This document shows positions 42,992 to 52,759 of a stretch of DNA of 64,000 nt, piece after piece (position 1 is the stretch's first letter; each line of letters starts with the position of its first letter). Where the stretch lies: NCBI GenBank assembly GCA_040387855.1, contig JAZKCY010000001.1:782922-846921 (forward strand), read 5' to 3'. Below the pieces are notes generated by a model. It was not told where the DNA came from. It made no database searches and saw nothing but the letters and a program-made list of their open reading frames with translations. The translations under genes were made by a program, and so were the position numbers. Origin of the DNA: Patescibacteria group bacterium (GTDB lineage: Bacteria > Patescibacteriota > Minisyncoccia > Phycocordibacterales > JAKAEA01).

Positions 42992-43650
42992 TATTGTTCA
43001 AAGCTGATACTCATAACTAATTGTGCGATTACTTGCATTTCAGCATATGAATAATTTACTTGGTCATATGAGAATACAAATGCTTGATTTCCCTTTAGGA
43101 AAATATACTCTACAGTCTTTAAATTTGGATCATATACAGAAAGTAATTTCTGGCTTTTACTATTTTCATACACCACTTGATACTCACGAGGCTGTACAGA
43201 GGCACCAAACTTATTAATTGCCTCAACATCAGCTTTCATATTTGAAACCTCAATATCATCAAGACTGTTCCATGTTCCTGGATACGTAGACAACCTCAAC
43301 AAACCAGCTCTTTCAGCATTGTCTGTTTTACGAACAAAAGTCCCAACTGTTGTTTGTTTATTAGAAGCTTCAGGAGATGTTGAAGCACCAATTACTGTAA
43401 ATAATCGTGGTGAAGAAAACATAATACCGTAGGCCTTACTCTTATGCATATCCCATTCATATGCCTCTTTAGGTAAATCGGGGCTAATAACTCGAGCTTC
43501 AGCTTCTTTTATTTGACGTGCTATATGTGGAATTTTAATAAAATAAATATATCCAGCAAAAAGTGCCAATCCCAACATAATAAATGCTAATGTTTGGCGT
43601 ACCCAAATGATATGTTCGTGATACCAATGTTCACTAGATTTTAAATTCAT
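42991..43650 (-). CDS. Single-pass membrane hypothetical protein (possible PsbP-like ectodomain)
   Basis: N-terminal TM, W...YGIMFSSP, ends MSISF; coupled to murC. Confidence 0.6.
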   Translation of the reverse strand: MNLKSSEHWYHEHIIWVRQTLAFIMLGLALFAGYIYFIKIPHIARQIKEAEARVISPDLPKEAYEWDMHKSKAYGIMFSSPRLFTVIGASTSPEASNKQTTVGTFVRKTDNAERAGLLRLSTYPGTWNSLDDIEVSNMKADVEAINKFGASVQPREYQVVYENSKSQKLLSVYDPNLKTVEYIFLKGNQAFVFSYDQVNYSYAEMQVIAQLVMSISFEQ

Positions 43651-43719
43651 AGTACTAGTATACCGAGAAATTAATTTTGATGCTATATAAAAAATAAAAA
43701 ACCGCCCAAATAGGCAGCA

Positions 43720-43911
43720 TCAGATTTTGCGGTCGATCGCATCGGTGAGCGATTCCAAAGTCATCCTCCCGTCCTTTGTGGCATACTTTAGTGCGGCCGC
43801 CACACCAGGCTCGAGAGCGATCACCGAGCTATCAATGACCACCGTCACGACCTGATGTAGATCAAGAACACGATCAGGTGTGGCAGGAGGTGCCACTGTC
43901 TCTACAACCAT
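43720..43911 (-). CDS. Small GC-rich orphan protein
   Basis: 63 aa, GGAG 7 nt before ATG. Confidence 0.55.
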   Translation of the reverse strand: MVVETVAPPATPDRVLDLHQVVTVVIDSSVIALEPGVAAALKYATKDGRMTLESLTDAIDRKI

Positions 43912-43972
43912 ATAAAATCTCCAAACGAACTATCCCCCGCGATTACCTTACTATATTTTGCTCACAATGCAA

Positions 43973-45316
43973 CTATAAAAACCGAATAAGTTTGTTGAAG
44001 CTTTCCCCTCGTTCAAATTCGTTTGTAAACATACCAAATGAAGCGAATGCTGGGCTTAAAAGAATAGTATTGCCTGGTTGCGCACATTGAACGGCTAATT
44101 TCACAGCATGCTGAAGTGAATCTGATGACACAAGCTTGTCACCCAAAGCATTTTTAAGATCTTCAGCTATTCGTGAACTCCCAGTGCCTGATAAAAGTAT
44201 TACTTTTTTTGTGAGCGCTGAAATTTCTTGAACGAGCTTACTCATATCCAGATTTTTATCTGCACCACCCATAATTAAAATTGTAGATGGATCATTAGTT
44301 GATGACCGTAATGCTTGAAGCCCTACAATGGTGGCATCAGGAGTGGTAGCAGTAGTATCATTGTAAATCTTTACACCATTATATTCACGTATAAATTCTA
44401 GTCGTCCAGAAATACCTTTAAAATCCTCAATCGCTTTTTTTATAACATCATTAGGAATTTGTAATGCACGCGCGGCTGCTACAACTATAGCTGCATTATA
44501 TTTATTATGCTCCCCTGGCATATATATTTGCCAATCTTGTGGAATATCGTCTACACGTGCAATGATAGTTTGTGCATGGATATCTTCTTTGTATTTTTGT
44601 GTAAGTATATCTGACACACGATCGCCCATAATAAAAATATCTTTCTCAGTTTGATACTTAAAAATGTATGACTTATCATTGAGATATGCAACCATATCGC
44701 CTTTGTAATAATTGAGATGATCAGCATAAAATGTAGTAAATATTGCGAGATGTGGACTAATCTTTCGCTCTCCAAATCCTTGCAGCTGCCATGAATCCAA
44801 TTCAAGTACTGCTATATCCCCTTCTTTAGCTTCCCGTAGGAACTGAAGTGTTGAAACACCTTTAACATTGCCTCCCAAAAAGACTTTTGAAGTGTTTGCC
44901 TTTTGTAGTACTTCGTACAATAAATGGGTAACCGTTGATTTACCTCGTGTACCTGTGATACCAATAATTGTAGCTGGGGTAAGAGCAGCAAACAAAGCTG
45001 TACTCATCTCAATTGGAATATTATTTTTTCGCGCTTCGGTTATATATTCAGAATCAAGAGGTACACTTGCAGCCTTCAAAATAAAATCCCGATTGCGAAA
45101 ATCTTCGAGCCGGTGTTCACCCAATACATATGTAATATTTTTGAAATGCTTGAGTTCGATCAAACTTGCTCGCAACTCTGATTCAGGTTTAAGATCGGTA
45201 ACAATAAGTTCTGCACCCTCTTCTGCAAAGAATCTTATATCTCCAACACCCCGGCCCAAGAGTCCGAGCCCCATTACAGTAATCTTCTTTCCTTTGAAAT
45301 ATCCCGGAGTATACAT
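43973..45316 (-). CDS. murD: UDP-N-acetylmuramoyl-L-alanine--D-glutamate ligase
   Basis: ITGTRGKST, ELDSWQL, DHLNY, LLSPAFASF. Confidence 0.95.
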   Translation of the reverse strand: MYTPGYFKGKKITVMGLGLLGRGVGDIRFFAEEGAELIVTDLKPESELRASLIELKHFKNITYVLGEHRLEDFRNRDFILKAASVPLDSEYITEARKNNIPIEMSTALFAALTPATIIGITGTRGKSTVTHLLYEVLQKANTSKVFLGGNVKGVSTLQFLREAKEGDIAVLELDSWQLQGFGERKISPHLAIFTTFYADHLNYYKGDMVAYLNDKSYIFKYQTEKDIFIMGDRVSDILTQKYKEDIHAQTIIARVDDIPQDWQIYMPGEHNKYNAAIVVAAARALQIPNDVIKKAIEDFKGISGRLEFIREYNGVKIYNDTTATTPDATIVGLQALRSSTNDPSTILIMGGADKNLDMSKLVQEISALTKKVILLSGTGSSRIAEDLKNALGDKLVSSDSLQHAVKLAVQCAQPGNTILLSPAFASFGMFTNEFERGESFNKLIRFL

Positions 45317-45340
45317 GTGGTTATACTAGCATAAAATTAA

Positions 45341-45973
45341 TTAACTAATAGCCGAACACCAAAGCTTCGTAAGTTGCGCTTCGGTAAGTCGCAATTCCAT
45401 CTGCTGAGCAAAATAGTCTTTGATCTCGCCTTTTAATACATGTGTATACGAATATTTCTCAAGCCAGCGTTTTGTTTTTACATAGTTTAAAATCTTTTCA
45501 TAATCATATGAAAGCTCTCCTCCAAAGTCTATTTGTATTACTTGTCCATTCTCTCGCACACCATTATTTCGTGTGAGATTAAATACAACATCTGAGAATC
45601 CAAACTGCCACATATACAGCAGCAAATCAATGTAGCTATCTATAAGCTTTTTATTTTCTTCCAAGCTATGCTTAGGAAAATAATCTTCAAATACAAATAC
45701 TTTATCTTGAGTATAGTTAATTCCTTGTTGATTAGTAAAATCTGGATTCCCAAATTTTGTGAGATCAACTTTATCTTTAATTGTTTTAAACTGATCATAG
45801 GCGCTTTTGCCGGCAGAACGAGTAGATCTAATTTGTTTAAAAGCTTTGAAATATAATTTACATACCCAACCAATATAATAAAGCTGACTCAGGTATGTTT
45901 GCTCGCGCTTAAGAACTCTGCCGTTGCCGAGATCATATACTTTGTATTCCCACCCTTGGCCAATAAATTTCAT
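45341..45973 (-). CDS. Protein-kinase-like fold hypothetical protein
   Basis: IGQG loop, VLK, D....(N)N, IDFG. Confidence 0.6.
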   Translation of the reverse strand: MKFIGQGWEYKVYDLGNGRVLKREQTYLSQLYYIGWVCKLYFKAFKQIRSTRSAGKSAYDQFKTIKDKVDLTKFGNPDFTNQQGINYTQDKVFVFEDYFPKHSLEENKKLIDSYIDLLLYMWQFGFSDVVFNLTRNNGVRENGQVIQIDFGGELSYDYEKILNYVKTKRWLEKYSYTHVLKGEIKDYFAQQMELRLTEAQLTKLWCSAIS

Positions 45974-45979
45974 AAATAA

Positions 45980-46456
45980 TTATAAAGTATAAAGATAAAG
46001 AATACTTAAAGAAAAGATAAACACTGCTGCTTCAGATACGGAGACAATAGTTGCTCTTCCGTAAAAGAATTTAATCCATCCCATACCAGGAATCATTTTG
46101 TAATCTTGAGCATAAAATTTGTATCGTTTATCAGAATGCGGCCATAGCCACGCAATACCGTGTCCTATCCAAAAAGTATCGTGAATAAGATGTGTAGCAA
46201 CTCCTAATGCAAGCATAAGCGTCCATACCAGTCCTCCAATGAGAAATGCGGTTAAGATAATAGGTACATACACTAAAGGCTGGTGAGTTAATCCCCTGTG
46301 CCCACCAAAGAGTTTTGATAATCCAGGAATTAAATCAATGTCAGGTAATAAGGCAAAAAATATTCCGGCAGCAATATGCCAGGCGGTAAGATCAACTCCG
46401 AAAAGCCATGTGACGAAAATAGAGATTAAAATGCCAATGCCAATATCTGCGTGCAT
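45980..46456 (-). CDS. Metal-dependent membrane hydrolase (YdjM-like)
   Basis: LPDID, HRGLTH, HLIHD, LWP. Confidence 0.82.
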   Translation of the reverse strand: MHADIGIGILISIFVTWLFGVDLTAWHIAAGIFFALLPDIDLIPGLSKLFGGHRGLTHQPLVYVPIILTAFLIGGLVWTLMLALGVATHLIHDTFWIGHGIAWLWPHSDKRYKFYAQDYKMIPGMGWIKFFYGRATIVSVSEAAVFIFSLSILYLYTL

Positions 46457-46481
46457 ATGTGCATAGTAGTACAAAACCCAA

Positions 46482-46518
46482 CAAAAAACACCCTTTGCAA
46501 TGCTTGGGGTGTTTTTTG
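46482..46518 (-). terminator. Intrinsic terminator after pyk
   Basis: aaaaaaacaccc...gggtgtttttt. Confidence 0.75.
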
Positions 46519-46538
46519 ATCTAGATAATAGCGAGAGC

Positions 46539-47978
46539 TTAGATAGTCTCAACCATCAACATATTTGTATCTACTTTCTTTCCAAATGGCATTCCTAGAG
46601 CGATAACAATCTTATCTCCCTTCTCTGCCAATTTGTTCTTTGCGATATGAGCTTTCACTGCCTTTAATGCATCATTAAGCATCATTGTCTTCTTCATAAG
46701 AACTGGTGTAACACCGTAGCTCATAAGAAGCTGCTTTTCTGTTCGCTCACTTGGAGTAAATGCAAGAATAGGCTGGATTGGCTTGTATCGTGAAATCATT
46801 CGAGCGGTAAAGCCTGTCTGAGTAAGAGCGACGATAAGAGTTGCATCAAGAGAATTTGCAATATCAACTACTTCATTTGTAATTGCATCTGCTACTCGAG
46901 CATCCATTGATTCGTGCTTGTACTGCTGCCAATCGAGAACCTGACTCTGATAGAGAGAATCATTTTCAATTTTAAGCGCAACTCGAGTCATCAACTGTAC
47001 TGATTCAACAGGATAATCTCCAAGAGTTGTTTCTTCTGAAAGCATGATTGCGTCTGTTCCATCGATAATTGCATTTGCAATGTCTGAAACTTCAGCTCGT
47101 GTAGGTACTGGGCTCTTAATCATAGATTCGAGCATGTGTGTAGCGGTAATAACCATCTTACCCACTTCATTACATTTTCGAATAAGATCCTTTTGCACCA
47201 TAGGTACATTTTCTGCTCCAATTTCAATTGCCATATCTCCTCGAGCGACCATCACACCGTCAACTACTTCGAGAAGTTCATCAAAGTTTTCAAGTCCTTC
47301 AACATCTTCGATCTTTGCAATAATCTTGGTATCAGGAAGCTTTGCTTTCTCCAAGATTGCTCGTAATTCTCGTACATCATCTGCTCGTCGTACGAATGAA
47401 AACGCAACAAAGTCTACTTTGTTCTTAATTCCAAAAGCGATATCTTTCTTATCCTTGTCAGTAAGAGAACTGATTGAAAGATGTGCTCCAGGAAGATTGA
47501 TCCCTCGTCGATTCTTAATTTCACCTCCAACAATTACTTTACAAATAAGTTCATTGCCTTTGATTTCAACAACTTCAAGTCGCTTCTTTCCGTCATGGAG
47601 AAGTACCGGTGAACCAACCTGCAATTCACGTGGAAGTGGTTCGTAGTTTACTGATACTCGTTCTTCGTTTCCTACTACTGATTTGTCTGTTGTAAGAGTA
47701 AAGAGCTGACCTTCCTTAAGAGTGATTACTCCATTTTCAAAATCTCCAATTCGAATTTTTGGTCCTCCAAGGTCCTGCAAGATTGCAGCCTGAATTCCAG
47801 TCTTCTTCATCGCCTTTCGGAGATTATCTACTTTCTTTTGGTGCTCAGCAAAATCTCCATGAGAGAAGTTGAGTCGCATAATATTTAAACCTTCTTTAAG
47901 AAGCTTGCTCAACATTTCTTCCGATTCTGTAACCGGTCCGATGGTGGCAACAATCTTTGTTTTCTTGTTTTCGATCAT
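46539..47978 (-). CDS. pyk: Pyruvate kinase
   Basis: KTKIVATIGP, RLNFSHG, MVARGD, PTRAEVSD. Confidence 0.98.
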   Translation of the reverse strand: MIENKKTKIVATIGPVTESEEMLSKLLKEGLNIMRLNFSHGDFAEHQKKVDNLRKAMKKTGIQAAILQDLGGPKIRIGDFENGVITLKEGQLFTLTTDKSVVGNEERVSVNYEPLPRELQVGSPVLLHDGKKRLEVVEIKGNELICKVIVGGEIKNRRGINLPGAHLSISSLTDKDKKDIAFGIKNKVDFVAFSFVRRADDVRELRAILEKAKLPDTKIIAKIEDVEGLENFDELLEVVDGVMVARGDMAIEIGAENVPMVQKDLIRKCNEVGKMVITATHMLESMIKSPVPTRAEVSDIANAIIDGTDAIMLSEETTLGDYPVESVQLMTRVALKIENDSLYQSQVLDWQQYKHESMDARVADAITNEVVDIANSLDATLIVALTQTGFTARMISRYKPIQPILAFTPSERTEKQLLMSYGVTPVLMKKTMMLNDALKAVKAHIAKNKLAEKGDKIVIALGMPFGKKVDTNMLMVETI

Positions 47979-48123
47979 ATATTTTGTGAATAATAATTAG
48001 TCCTTTTAGAGAGACAATGTAGACAATCATACTCATTTTTAGCCAAAATGCAATAAATGAGGCAACGAACCGCCGGCACTATTGTTAGAGATATAAAAAA
48101 AGTCCTTAACACCGATCGTGGTG

Positions 48124-48327
48124 CTAGGACTGCTTATTTGCCGCTCGCTCAGCGGCGCGGAGCTCTTCGAGCTTCAACGTCTGGACTCCAGCCCACTCTC
48201 GGGCCGTGAATCCTCGAGCACTTGGACACGTGAGCAGATGAGGACGCCCCCGATAGTTGACACTGCTCGTTCGGGTCCGTGGACCATCGGCTTGGGCCTG
48301 GGCCCTTTCGGTAGTTGATAGAGACAT
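48124..48327 (-). CDS. Small GC-rich orphan protein
   Basis: GAGGTG 5 nt before ATG (MSLSTTER...); hairpin with U-tract at ~48095-48131. Confidence 0.45.
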   Translation of the reverse strand: MSLSTTERAQAQADGPRTRTSSVNYRGRPHLLTCPSARGFTAREWAGVQTLKLEELRAAERAANKQS

Positions 48328-48514
48328 GCAAACACCTCGAGATGAAAACATCGTAATCCCTTACGACGGTAGGTACTTTGACCTACGAACTAACATGAAC
48401 TCAGATACTGGTTAAAAAACCTCCCTTCTACATACATATATGCAAAATGAGACCAGACTAAATGGTACTACGAATATATAATGTGTCAACCCATGTATTA
48501 AGTCCCGACTTGTG

Positions 48515-48587
48515 TGCGCCAGCCAGGATTCGAACCTGGGACCCCATCAGTATCAGTGATGTGCTCTACCAACTGAGCTACTAGCGC
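48515..48587 (-). tRNA. tRNA-Ile (GAT), CCA not encoded
   Basis: Acceptor GCGCTAG/CTGGCGC, D-arm AGCTCAGTTGGTAGAGC, anticodon arm CATCA-CTGATAC-TGATG, GGTTCGAATCC. Confidence 0.97.
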
Positions 48588-48722
48588 ATTTACATTTCCC
48601 TGAAATGTAAGTGGAATATATCAGAAAACAGCAAAACAGGCAATATATAATAATGAGGACCCCAGGCACAGTGTGCTGGGGTCCAGAGGATGGGAACGGT
48701 ACTGTATGACGCGTGGGCTTGA

Positions 48723-49004
48723 TCAGGCGGCTTCGTTGAGGCCGAGATCGCCGAGGTAGTCCTTGTCGGACTGGGCCTCGATGTTCTTGATGCCGATGAC
48801 GAGCAGGACTCGGTCGACGACCGTGTCCATGACGGGATCCGACGGCTTGTCGTACTTCCCTGCTCGAACCTGCATTGCCACTACCATCTGGTTGATCAGA
48901 GCCAACCTTGCAGAGCTCTCCTTGAGCCTATCTGCGATGGACATGGTGCCCGGCGTCTGCGTGGTCGGCTTGGGGTTGCCAGCCGACATGTCTCTCTCGA
49001 TCAT
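48723..49004 (-). CDS. Small GC-rich orphan protein
   Basis: 93 aa, AAGGAG 8 nt before ATG, GC-ending codons, hairpin 48656-48684. Confidence 0.65.
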   Translation of the reverse strand: MIERDMSAGNPKPTTQTPGTMSIADRLKESSARLALINQMVVAMQVRAGKYDKPSDPVMDTVVDRVLLVIGIKNIEAQSDKDYLGDLGLNEAA

Positions 49005-49066
49005 CTAACAATCTCCTTTTCGGCGAAATAGTAAGGTTTTCCGAGTCTAGCCAGGGTCAGTGGCTA

Positions 49067-49321
49067 TTACAGCAAACACGATGCAATGCACGTCCCGAGC
49101 AGCAACCCTGCGAGCAGGGTCATCACAACAGGAAGTTTCCGTCGAGCGATAAACGTAGTGATGGAAACAAAGAAAATCATTACACAGGCAATGACCTCAC
49201 AAAGGTCATCGACAGTGTTCCAATTATCTTTTGGCGTCCGTCCTTGGCCGCCTTCAACGAGTGGAGCATGCTTCGACATATCCGTAAATCCATTCACGGC
49301 GAGGTACGAGTGATCGAACAC
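49067..49321 (-). CDS. Small GC-rich orphan membrane protein
   Basis: Two C-terminal hydrophobic segments; start uncertain. Confidence 0.4.
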   Translation of the reverse strand: MFDHSYLAVNGFTDMSKHAPLVEGGQGRTPKDNWNTVDDLCEVIACVMIFFVSITTFIARRKLPVVMTLLAGLLLGTCIASCLL

Positions 49322-49459
49322 AAAACGCGAGGGTCAAGTCGCGTACAGTATGAACTGTGTATAATAATAGCATATATAACAACAAAAGTCAAGTAACTAT
49401 GCATACTAAAAAACCCTTTAGGTAAGGGCTTTTTAATGGCTATTTATTCGAAATTTAGG

Positions 49460-50002
49460 CTAGAAAATTTCCTCGGAAGCCATCTCTTCCTCACTCGTTT
49501 CTGTTTCTAAAGATGTGTTTACATCTTGTGACAAGCTCTTTCCGTCCTTTTCTACCCATCCGTAAGCTGACTTAGAAAACTTTGAAAGTGCAGGTGGATT
49601 ACCAGGTAAAATTGCTCGTACTTTATAGTAATACACAAGATCAGGAACGACAGTAACATCTTCATATGAAGTAACGTCAGTGCCAACTCTTACTACATAG
49701 GTTGTATCAGGAATAAAATCAAATGTAGTTGATCGATGAATTTCAAATCCAAGCTCATCCCCTGTCCGATCAAGCCAAGAAACAATAAGCGATGTATCGG
49801 TTGCAAATACTTTTGATCCCTCGCGAGTTAGATACTCTTGTGGAGATGGCGCTTTTGCACGTGGTTCGGGTGTTGCAACTGATGTACTTGTGATAACAGC
49901 AGCGGTAGTACTGTGTGGTACCAACCCAGCAAAATCACTCAAGGTATATCCTCCCCATGCAACAGCGATAGAAACAGCAGCTATAGTAATACTATTCTTC
50001 AT
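49460..50002 (-). CDS. Secreted fibronectin type III domain protein
   Basis: Signal/TM; VSWLD...GFEIHRS...SYED...YYYKVRA; terminator 49408-49434. Confidence 0.78.
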   Translation of the reverse strand: MKNSITIAAVSIAVAWGGYTLSDFAGLVPHSTTAAVITSTSVATPEPRAKAPSPQEYLTREGSKVFATDTSLIVSWLDRTGDELGFEIHRSTTFDFIPDTTYVVRVGTDVTSYEDVTVVPDLVYYYKVRAILPGNPPALSKFSKSAYGWVEKDGKSLSQDVNTSLETETSEEEMASEEIF

Positions 50003-50070
50003 AGTACTAGTATAGTCTTTTATTGCTTAGACTGCTTAGTATTTATCCACAGGCTAATAATTAATTTTAA

Positions 50071-51423
50071 TTAAAACGTAAATATATCGGTAACACTTCT
50101 GTAAATATATTGGAAAAAGGTTTCCTTTGGTGGAATAACAATCTCAGGAGTAGGTACATGTGCAGAAATCTGAAAATCAAAATAATTTTCTACTCCATAA
50201 TCTTCGATACTAAATTCTATTGTATTTTTACCACCTGGGGTAAATGTTCCTGCAGCAAGTGTAAGTATATGATCACGAGGCGTTGCGCATCCATGATTGA
50301 TACTTTCTTCTTTAGAAGCACTATTGGTCCACACTACACTACCGTTAAGTAAAATCTCATTTACTCTATTATCAATAGCGGATTTAACGATGAGAGTTCG
50401 CGCATCAGATGGCACAGATACAGTTGTGCTAACTTTCATTCGACTACTTGTTTTTTCTAACGGCCATGTAACATATGCACTTGAGAGAGCTTGTATAGCT
50501 AATGGGCAGCCGGCAACAGTACTTACAAATGGTCGTTTTGTAACCTCAATACTCTCAGAATTTTTAGTAACGTTTTGATAATCAATAGCATGATCAGAGG
50601 TAAATCCAAACGGAATGAGAACAGTTTCTGTTAATGAAGGATCATATGTTTCATCTACTTTTGACGGAGCGAGAGAAATAGTAGGTCCTTTAATTGATGT
50701 AGTCCCGGTTACTTTGCCATGTCGAAATGGCACAACTTTACGCATTCGTCCTTGGATTGCATCTATAGAACCAATTGTATGAACTTCTTTCGATAATACA
50801 TTCACTCGTGCAATACCAGTTTTAGGATCCGTATCACCTTCTCCAAGAAGTGAACCGTTTAAAGATCTCACGATTACATGCGCTGCCAAGTTTGCTCCAG
50901 ATACTTCTTCTTTAACTATTACATTGAGTGACGTTAAGATCGCGGGAGCAGCAGGTTTTGGAGTTGTGGGTCTAACTACTGGAGTAGAATTATTTGATTG
51001 TGGGACTTGTGGTACTGGTACATATTGTGTAGGTGTAGGAACATCTGGTGTTGGAACAATATTTGTAGATTGTGCTGGAGTCTCAGTATTATTTGAAACA
51101 GGTTGTTGAGCTGGTGTTTGCTGACTTCCCGCCTCACCAAAAGTCATCCATCCTTCTTCACTAAAAGATTCTGGTTGGTAATATTCCCCATATTCTCCTT
51201 CTGAAGGTTCTCCACCTGAGGAATCATCAAATCCATCAAGAGCATTTGCAGTAAGTACTTTCTGTGACATATCGAGTGACAGTGAATATGGTGAAGCACT
51301 AATGTATTCTTTTACATTTGAAATACCACAACGAGTCGTCTCAATGACAACAATTACGAGTAGGATAATGCCAATAGAAATTCCAATTTTAATATATCTA
51401 TCGTGGTAAATTCGTTTCTTCAT
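50071..51423 (-). CDS. Membrane-anchored extracellular protein (acidic and Pro/Thr linker, beta-rich domains)
   Basis: N-terminal TM, low-complexity linker, amphipathic C-terminus FFQYIYRSVTDIF. Confidence 0.75.
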   Translation of the reverse strand: MKKRIYHDRYIKIGISIGIILLVIVVIETTRCGISNVKEYISASPYSLSLDMSQKVLTANALDGFDDSSGGEPSEGEYGEYYQPESFSEEGWMTFGEAGSQQTPAQQPVSNNTETPAQSTNIVPTPDVPTPTQYVPVPQVPQSNNSTPVVRPTTPKPAAPAILTSLNVIVKEEVSGANLAAHVIVRSLNGSLLGEGDTDPKTGIARVNVLSKEVHTIGSIDAIQGRMRKVVPFRHGKVTGTTSIKGPTISLAPSKVDETYDPSLTETVLIPFGFTSDHAIDYQNVTKNSESIEVTKRPFVSTVAGCPLAIQALSSAYVTWPLEKTSSRMKVSTTVSVPSDARTLIVKSAIDNRVNEILLNGSVVWTNSASKEESINHGCATPRDHILTLAAGTFTPGGKNTIEFSIEDYGVENYFDFQISAHVPTPEIVIPPKETFFQYIYRSVTDIFTF

Positions 51424-51487
51424 AATTGAAATTAATTGTTATTCTATTTTACACCTGAATTGATTAGACTGCTCACCTTTTATCCCC

Positions 51488-51521
51488 AAACAAAAACCAC
51501 CCGAAGGTGGTTTTTTTGTTT
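51488..51521 (-). terminator. Intrinsic terminator
   Basis: aaaaaccacc-cgaa-ggtggttttt (UUCG loop on the minus strand). Confidence 0.85.
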
Positions 51522-51523
51522 TA

Positions 51524-52684
51524 CTATTTTTTCTCTCTTAAGAGATCAATAACATTTGAAGTCTTAATTACGTTTCCACTACTATCGAGTGCCATAATCA
51601 TATAATGATAATGAGTATCTACACTAGGGCTTTTAGCAATCTTTGCATCTTTATATGTCTTAACACTGTGGTTTACCTTTGCTAGTGTTAGGTTGGTTTT
51701 TGACATATCTCTTAATAACTGCTCATTAGCTGCGCGACCAGCTTCACTACTTGGACCTGTTGAAACGGCTCGGCGGATCAAGTATGACTTAGCTGGCACT
51801 TGTGTAGCATTGTTATCAGTCCATGTGAGCTCAAATCGAGGTGCACCAAGCCATGAATGACTGATTTTCCAATTGAGAGCGAGATTGCTACTTGGTGTAG
51901 GAGTAGTTGGAGTTGAAGGAGCTGTTACAGCAGTAGCTGTAAAGGTTACAGAAACAGGATCACTATATCGTGAAAATCCCCTGCTGTTCTTTACTCGTGC
52001 TTTATAGGTATATGTTTTTCCAGCTACAACTTCCTTGTCGTTATAATCAATGGTACCAACAGCATCAGTTGCATTAAGTGTAAATTTCTTTGTTCCCGTT
52101 CCACCAGTTCGTTCGATTTCAAATCCTGTTTCATTTCTAGAAGGACTTGTAAATTGTACGAGCACTCCACCATTTGCGACTCGAGCAGTGATACTTGTAA
52201 CTCGTGGAGGGGTTCCTTTTGATACCCATGCAGAATCTACATTTGAGTATGTTGAGAATGTTGACATAACATATGCTCGCACTCGATACCATTTCTGCTG
52301 ATCTGGAGTATGTGCTTCAGTATCACAATACCCTTTCTTTGGTTTATATTGATCATAGGTAACTCGCTTTATGACACTCCATGTTGCTCCACCGTCAGTT
52401 GATCTCTCAATATCAAATCCTCCGTTCACTAAAGCGACACTGTTCCAAGTAAGACAAATTTTATCACTACTACTTGGTACTGAACTTGTACTACCATCAA
52501 TTACATCCAAGTTTGTTGGAGCCGGTGTTGCACTATTTTGTACAGGACCATAGACTGCAGCAGCAGTTGAATCACCATCTAATTTGAATGGACCAATTTT
52601 TGCAAGATACAATCCTCCAATAATAAGTGCTGCGATAACCAAAACTATTAGTATGGGAGCAAATCCCTTCTTCTGGTGTTTCAT
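51524..52684 (-). CDS. FN3-repeat protein with prepilin-like (class III) N-terminus
   Basis: MKHQKKG|FAPILIVLVIAALIIGG; three FN3-like units (GFDIERS..WYRVRA; GFEIERT..YTYKAR; YLIRR..YHYMIMA). Confidence 0.8.
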   Translation of the reverse strand: MKHQKKGFAPILIVLVIAALIIGGLYLAKIGPFKLDGDSTAAAVYGPVQNSATPAPTNLDVIDGSTSSVPSSSDKICLTWNSVALVNGGFDIERSTDGGATWSVIKRVTYDQYKPKKGYCDTEAHTPDQQKWYRVRAYVMSTFSTYSNVDSAWVSKGTPPRVTSITARVANGGVLVQFTSPSRNETGFEIERTGGTGTKKFTLNATDAVGTIDYNDKEVVAGKTYTYKARVKNSRGFSRYSDPVSVTFTATAVTAPSTPTTPTPSSNLALNWKISHSWLGAPRFELTWTDNNATQVPAKSYLIRRAVSTGPSSEAGRAANEQLLRDMSKTNLTLAKVNHSVKTYKDAKIAKSPSVDTHYHYMIMALDSSGNVIKTSNVIDLLREKK

Positions 52685-52759
52685 AAAAGTAATTAATTCT
52701 TAATGAAGTAAGTATACCTTTATTTTCTCATTCTCACTGAAGAGTTATCCCCAGAGATA

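Noticed and set aside
39880-49434. Integron cassettes or prophage explaining the GC-rich orphans
   Set aside because: No attC-like RYYYAAC...GTTRRRY structures, integrase, transposase or att duplication recognised.
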